From IMG/VR virus record IMGVR_UViG_3300020045_014817, positions 1 through 40,009 of that record: a stretch of 40,009 bases of DNA, one strand, 5' to 3'. How positions within the stretch are numbered: position 1 is the first letter of the stretch; every line of letters starts with the position of its first letter. Positions 36,911-40,009 of this stretch are shown in pieces. The notes below the pieces were generated by a model. It saw nothing but the letters and a program-made list of their open reading frames with translations. It was not told where the DNA came from and searched no databases. The position numbers and the translations under genes are program-made. This DNA comes from a virus (taxonomy: Duplodnaviria; Caudoviricetes).

Positions 36911-37743
36911 GGCGTTTGATTTGCTATTTTCATTTTTTGTTCAGTAGCGTAAAGGCAGTCCCAAAGTGCGGAATTTGTAATGGATTCGTACTGAGATGGG
37001 TCTTCTTTTGCTAAAACGTGAACCATGCTCATGAATGGATTATTATCCGTTGTGTTTTTGGAATTGTTCTTCCATTCAGTTCGATACGTTTCTGGGAAGG
37101 TTTCAACGATGAAGTTTTTGCATCCCTCGTAATATAGTTGAATAGCTCTTCGGACATTGGGCGTATGGTCATGGGTTTTGATTTTTGGGTTTTTGTATAG
37201 GACTTGGATAATCTTTGTGAGGGAGTCTTCGTCTTTTTGGGTAATGAAATTGAAATATGCTTCTTCGGTTTCAATGAAATCTTTCAGTTTGAAATCTGAA
37301 AGGGTGTCAGGACGGGCGGAGTCATATATTCTTAATCGTTTTCTGAACCAATTGAACCGTTTTTTATATAGTTTTTTGATTGGGTTGGATGTTAATTCAA
37401 AATTGTCGGCAAAATAGAACTTTGTGAACATTTCTGCCTTTTGACTGAGGGTTTCGGGGTCAATTACTTGTTTTTTCCATGTAAATTTCCCGAAAGTTAG
37501 CCAGTCCATAAGCGGGATTATTTTCAAGTTTTTGAGCCAAAACCACCGTAATTTCATTACGTTAACCCAATTAACGGGGGATTCAAGCAATGAAATGAAC
37601 AGTAATAGTTGAGTTTGTTCAATGCTGGAATCCATTTTTGAGATTGACAGTAATACCAAAAATTGTTCGGCGGATAATTGAGCAATATGGAAGGGAATGT
37701 AAAATTCCATATTGCCAATATATATTTTTTCGAGATTGTTCAT
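36907..37743 (-). CDS. Conserved morphogenesis protein (possible tail assembly chaperone)
   Basis: 278 aa; IP....LSAEQF...FIETEEAY...LY...LYYEGCK.FI...FP pattern; first gene after P4. Confidence 0.5.
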   Translation of the reverse strand: MNNLEKIYIGNMEFYIPFHIAQLSAEQFLVLLSISKMDSSIEQTQLLLFISLLESPVNWVNVMKLRWFWLKNLKIIPLMDWLTFGKFTWKKQVIDPETLSQKAEMFTKFYFADNFELTSNPIKKLYKKRFNWFRKRLRIYDSARPDTLSDFKLKDFIETEEAYFNFITQKDEDSLTKIIQVLYKNPKIKTHDHTPNVRRAIQLYYEGCKNFIVETFPETYRTEWKNNSKNTTDNNPFMSMVHVLAKEDPSQYESITNSALWDCLYATEQKMKIANQTP

Positions 37744-37747
37744 GCTT

Positions 37748-37782
37748 CAAAATTCTTACATATCCACCTAAAACTAAAGGAC
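37748..37782 (-). promoter_or_regulatory. Putative late promoter P4 GTCCTTT-N20-GAATTTTG, 4 nt before ATG
   Basis: Fills 35 of the 39 nt in the intergenic gap. Confidence 0.78.
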
Positions 37783-38727
37783 TTAAAACATACAGGCCGT
37801 GCGTGATACGGTGAAATCCATTTTAACGTTAGCAGTGTTTTCCTGCGGGTATTCGGCAAAGTCGGTGATGTTGGCTTTGATGTAATTCAGTGCATTTTGG
37901 AGGTAGGTATTACCCTGGGTTTCTAACTGATTTTTGAAGGCTTCCAAATTGGTAGCAGACTTGTACCCTTTTTGAGGGTTGGCGGTGGTATTCTCGAAAA
38001 GTAAGAAAGTTTGCTCTTTGCCGATGATAAGCGAAAGAGGTACGACCGATTGAGCCATTGAAAGAAATACTTCGGCAGGAATGAGATAATTATTGAGTAA
38101 CAATAAGTATTTGCCCGTGAGTGGTACGGTTTTGAGTTTGTTGAAAAGCGTATCGGTAAGGACTGGTCGAAAAACATTGTCTTCAATAAATTGAATTTGT
38201 GGGATGATTGCCAAAAATAAACGGCGTGAGTTTTCAATATTGCAATACCGCTGAAACTGAGTGGTGGTCTTAACAAAAAACTGATTAAAAACGGTGTAGG
38301 CAGAAGAATTCTTCCAGATTGCATATGGGGCAAAGTTCTGGTTTTCTTCTAAGTAAACTAAAATATCTTCGAGGGCGTCGTGGGCGTCGTTGAAACATGA
38401 AGTACGTAAATCTTCGATGTCTTCAGGACGGGCGGGGCCTTCTGAATTGGTTTTGGTTTGAGATGCTCCCGAATTGGAAAGCCTAACTTTCATATATGGC
38501 AAATGAAGATAGAATGCGTAACAATAGACTGCATTTTCTATCATCGTAACCAAAGAATCGGGATATGAAGGGTCTGAAATAAATGCTTCGTAGGCATTTT
38601 CAGACAAGTATTTGTGCATCAATTTTCGTTCTGCTTTTTTTATCTTCTCTTCGATTTTGTCGACTGAGAATGTTGAAGCTACGGGAACGTGCTTTTGCAA
38701 TTTTGCGAGTGTGAATTGAATTGGCAT
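37783..38727 (-). CDS. DUF6712-like head-tail adaptor (probable start MPIQF at 38727)
   Basis: Follows the portal stop by 1 nt; AFY..LP...V.LSNSG...ALEDIL.YLE...W..S...FVKT..QF..Y.NI.NSRRLF pattern. Confidence 0.7.
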   Translation of the reverse strand: MPIQFTLAKLQKHVPVASTFSVDKIEEKIKKAERKLMHKYLSENAYEAFISDPSYPDSLVTMIENAVYCYAFYLHLPYMKVRLSNSGASQTKTNSEGPARPEDIEDLRTSCFNDAHDALEDILVYLEENQNFAPYAIWKNSSAYTVFNQFFVKTTTQFQRYCNIENSRRLFLAIIPQIQFIEDNVFRPVLTDTLFNKLKTVPLTGKYLLLLNNYLIPAEVFLSMAQSVVPLSLIIGKEQTFLLFENTTANPQKGYKSATNLEAFKNQLETQGNTYLQNALNYIKANITDFAEYPQENTANVKMDFTVSRTACMF

Positions 38728-38728
38728 A

Positions 38729-40009
38729 TTATTGGGGTGTTGTGGGTCTGTCTTTTGGTGAAACGGCATCCATAGAAACGAGTGTAGTACGGCGGATTCT
38801 GAATTCTAATTCTTCACCCATTTCGTTATAATCACGGATAAGGTTTGGAATTTGGAGAAGCAAAACTTCCTCTTTGTACTGCGAAACTTGACCGATATTT
38901 TGGGCGTTTGACTTTGCATTGCCTGAATTGTTAGTCGCTCCAGGTTTCGATCCGTAACGACTGGCATCAATATCTGTGGCCCAATCAATTTGACTATCCG
39001 CTTCCTGCTGATCGGGAATGAATTCCCCCGTAAATTTTGCTTTGTCAACAATTTCGATGGTGATTGATTTAGCGAGAAGTGGGTCAACTTTTGCCAATTT
39101 GTCATTGACATCGGCAATGATGATGCGACCCGCATTTTCAGCCCCCGAAATGAGTTCTGTTACTTTGTCGGTAACTTCTTGGCGATATTGTTGGAGCTGT
39201 CTTTCTGCGAGCTTATCTCCCTTCATGAATTTTTCTCCTAATTTATCCCAATCAGGATATTTCTTTTGCCAGTACCAAGTTGGTACGTAAGCAATAACAG
39301 AGGCTCCCACGATATTTTTCAAGATGTACTTTTTGTATTTCGTTGCATCAATAGAAATATCAATTACGCCTTGTGTAATAACAGGGTAATAGTGAGGAAT
39401 TGGGTAGATAAGTTCGTCAGTTTCAATACGAAGCAAATAAATAAAATTTGTTTCATCCTCATCTTCGGCACGAAAACGGAGGGTTTCGTCGGGGTTGAAT
39501 ACATTGAAAAGGCACGGGAGCTTTTTTACCAAATTGCTATTGTTTATATCGGGATTAAGTTCCCAATTGGCAGAAAGGTAACAGTGAGTTATTTGACCGT
39601 TTTCGTCAGGTTCGGCAAAACGGAAAGTCCACGCCTCTTTAGTTTCGACCATGATGATTTTATCCTTTGCTTCGTTCAGGATTATTTCAACGGGTGAGTA
39701 TAAGTACGATTTTAAATTATGTGCGGAAAGGGTTAGGTAATGTATATCCATGTTCCACTGGCGATTGAATGAACGCCAATTGGTATTTATGACAAAGTTG
39801 AATTCTTCTTCTCCCGCATCAGAAACTTTAATTTCTCCAGTTTGTAAACCAAGCGACATTAATTCACGCTGGCCAAGGTGTAGATTTTGTTTTAGTCGGT
39901 AAGAAGAGTTAGCGACTTTTTTAAGTTTTTCGGGAAATTGGTTATCATCACCGTTGAGCAAATAACCCGTAGTGGACTTGGCTAAATCATCTTTAACCTT
40001 TGTTTTTTT
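38729..40009 (-). CDS. Portal protein (5' end outside window)
   Basis: Frame open to the right edge; NGDDNQFP, YPIPHYY, LISGAENAGR motifs of Bacteroidota phage portals. Confidence 0.85.
   Translation of the reverse strand, partial: KKTKVKDDLAKSTTGYLLNGDDNQFPEKLKKVANSSYRLKQNLHLGQRELMSLGLQTGEIKVSDAGEEEFNFVINTNWRSFNRQWNMDIHYLTLSAHNLKSYLYSPVEIILNEAKDKIIMVETKEAWTFRFAEPDENGQITHCYLSANWELNPDINNSNLVKKLPCLFNVFNPDETLRFRAEDEDETNFIYLLRIETDELIYPIPHYYPVITQGVIDISIDATKYKKYILKNIVGASVIAYVPTWYWQKKYPDWDKLGEKFMKGDKLAERQLQQYRQEVTDKVTELISGAENAGRIIIADVNDKLAKVDPLLAKSITIEIVDKAKFTGEFIPDQQEADSQIDWATDIDASRYGSKPGATNNSGNAKSNAQNIGQVSQYKEEVLLLQIPNLIRDYNEMGEELEFRIRRTTLVSMDAVSPKDRPTTPQ

Larger units (their letters stand above)
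1..40009. mobile_element. Temperate Bacteroidota tailed phage, near-complete and circularly permuted (terL cut at left edge, portal cut at right edge, intact attP-int in the middle)
   Basis: Terminase, S49 protease, capsid, tail tube, tape measure, lysis, primase, cI/cro and tyrosine integrase are all present; no host housekeeping genes seen. Confidence 0.95.

Noticed and set aside
3413-39697. Numerous short + strand and out-of-frame ORFs inside - strand structural and replication genes (e.g. 4733-4978, 10448-10741, 29477-29911, 39266-39697)
   Set aside because: Shadow ORFs of long, motif-bearing genes

Overview
The window is almost entirely one temperate, long-tailed (siphovirus-like) Bacteroidota phage; the host is probably Cytophagales/Spirosomataceae-like, inferred from protein style, promoters and attP. 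It is circularly permuted: the terminase large subunit runs off the left edge, the portal runs off the right edge, and the integrase sits mid-window next to an intact attP. The attP core resembles the 3' end of a tRNA-Arg, so this looks like the excised or virion form, or a tandem junction. Recognisable modules are head/packaging (1-5.9 kb), a 2186-aa signal-peptide Ig/lectin/esterase protein, an iteron-type origin (~14.1-14.4 kb), a small operon of secreted proteins + patatin + LytTR (14.6-17.7 kb), an early operon with a DNA methyltransferase and primase-helicase, a cro/cI switch, integrase, tail, lysis (muramidase, u-spanin, holin) and neck/portal genes. Most notable: (1) four copies of an exactly spaced phage-specific promoter, GTCCTTT-N20-(-7 box), three apparently giving leaderless late mRNAs; (2) several Sec-exported (Q-rule) proteins among the late genes, including fibre/adhesin-like ones, while the tail operon has no obvious receptor-binding gene. 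This suggests host-recognition proteins may mature in the periplasm. All family assignments are from motif recognition by eye; no searches were run.
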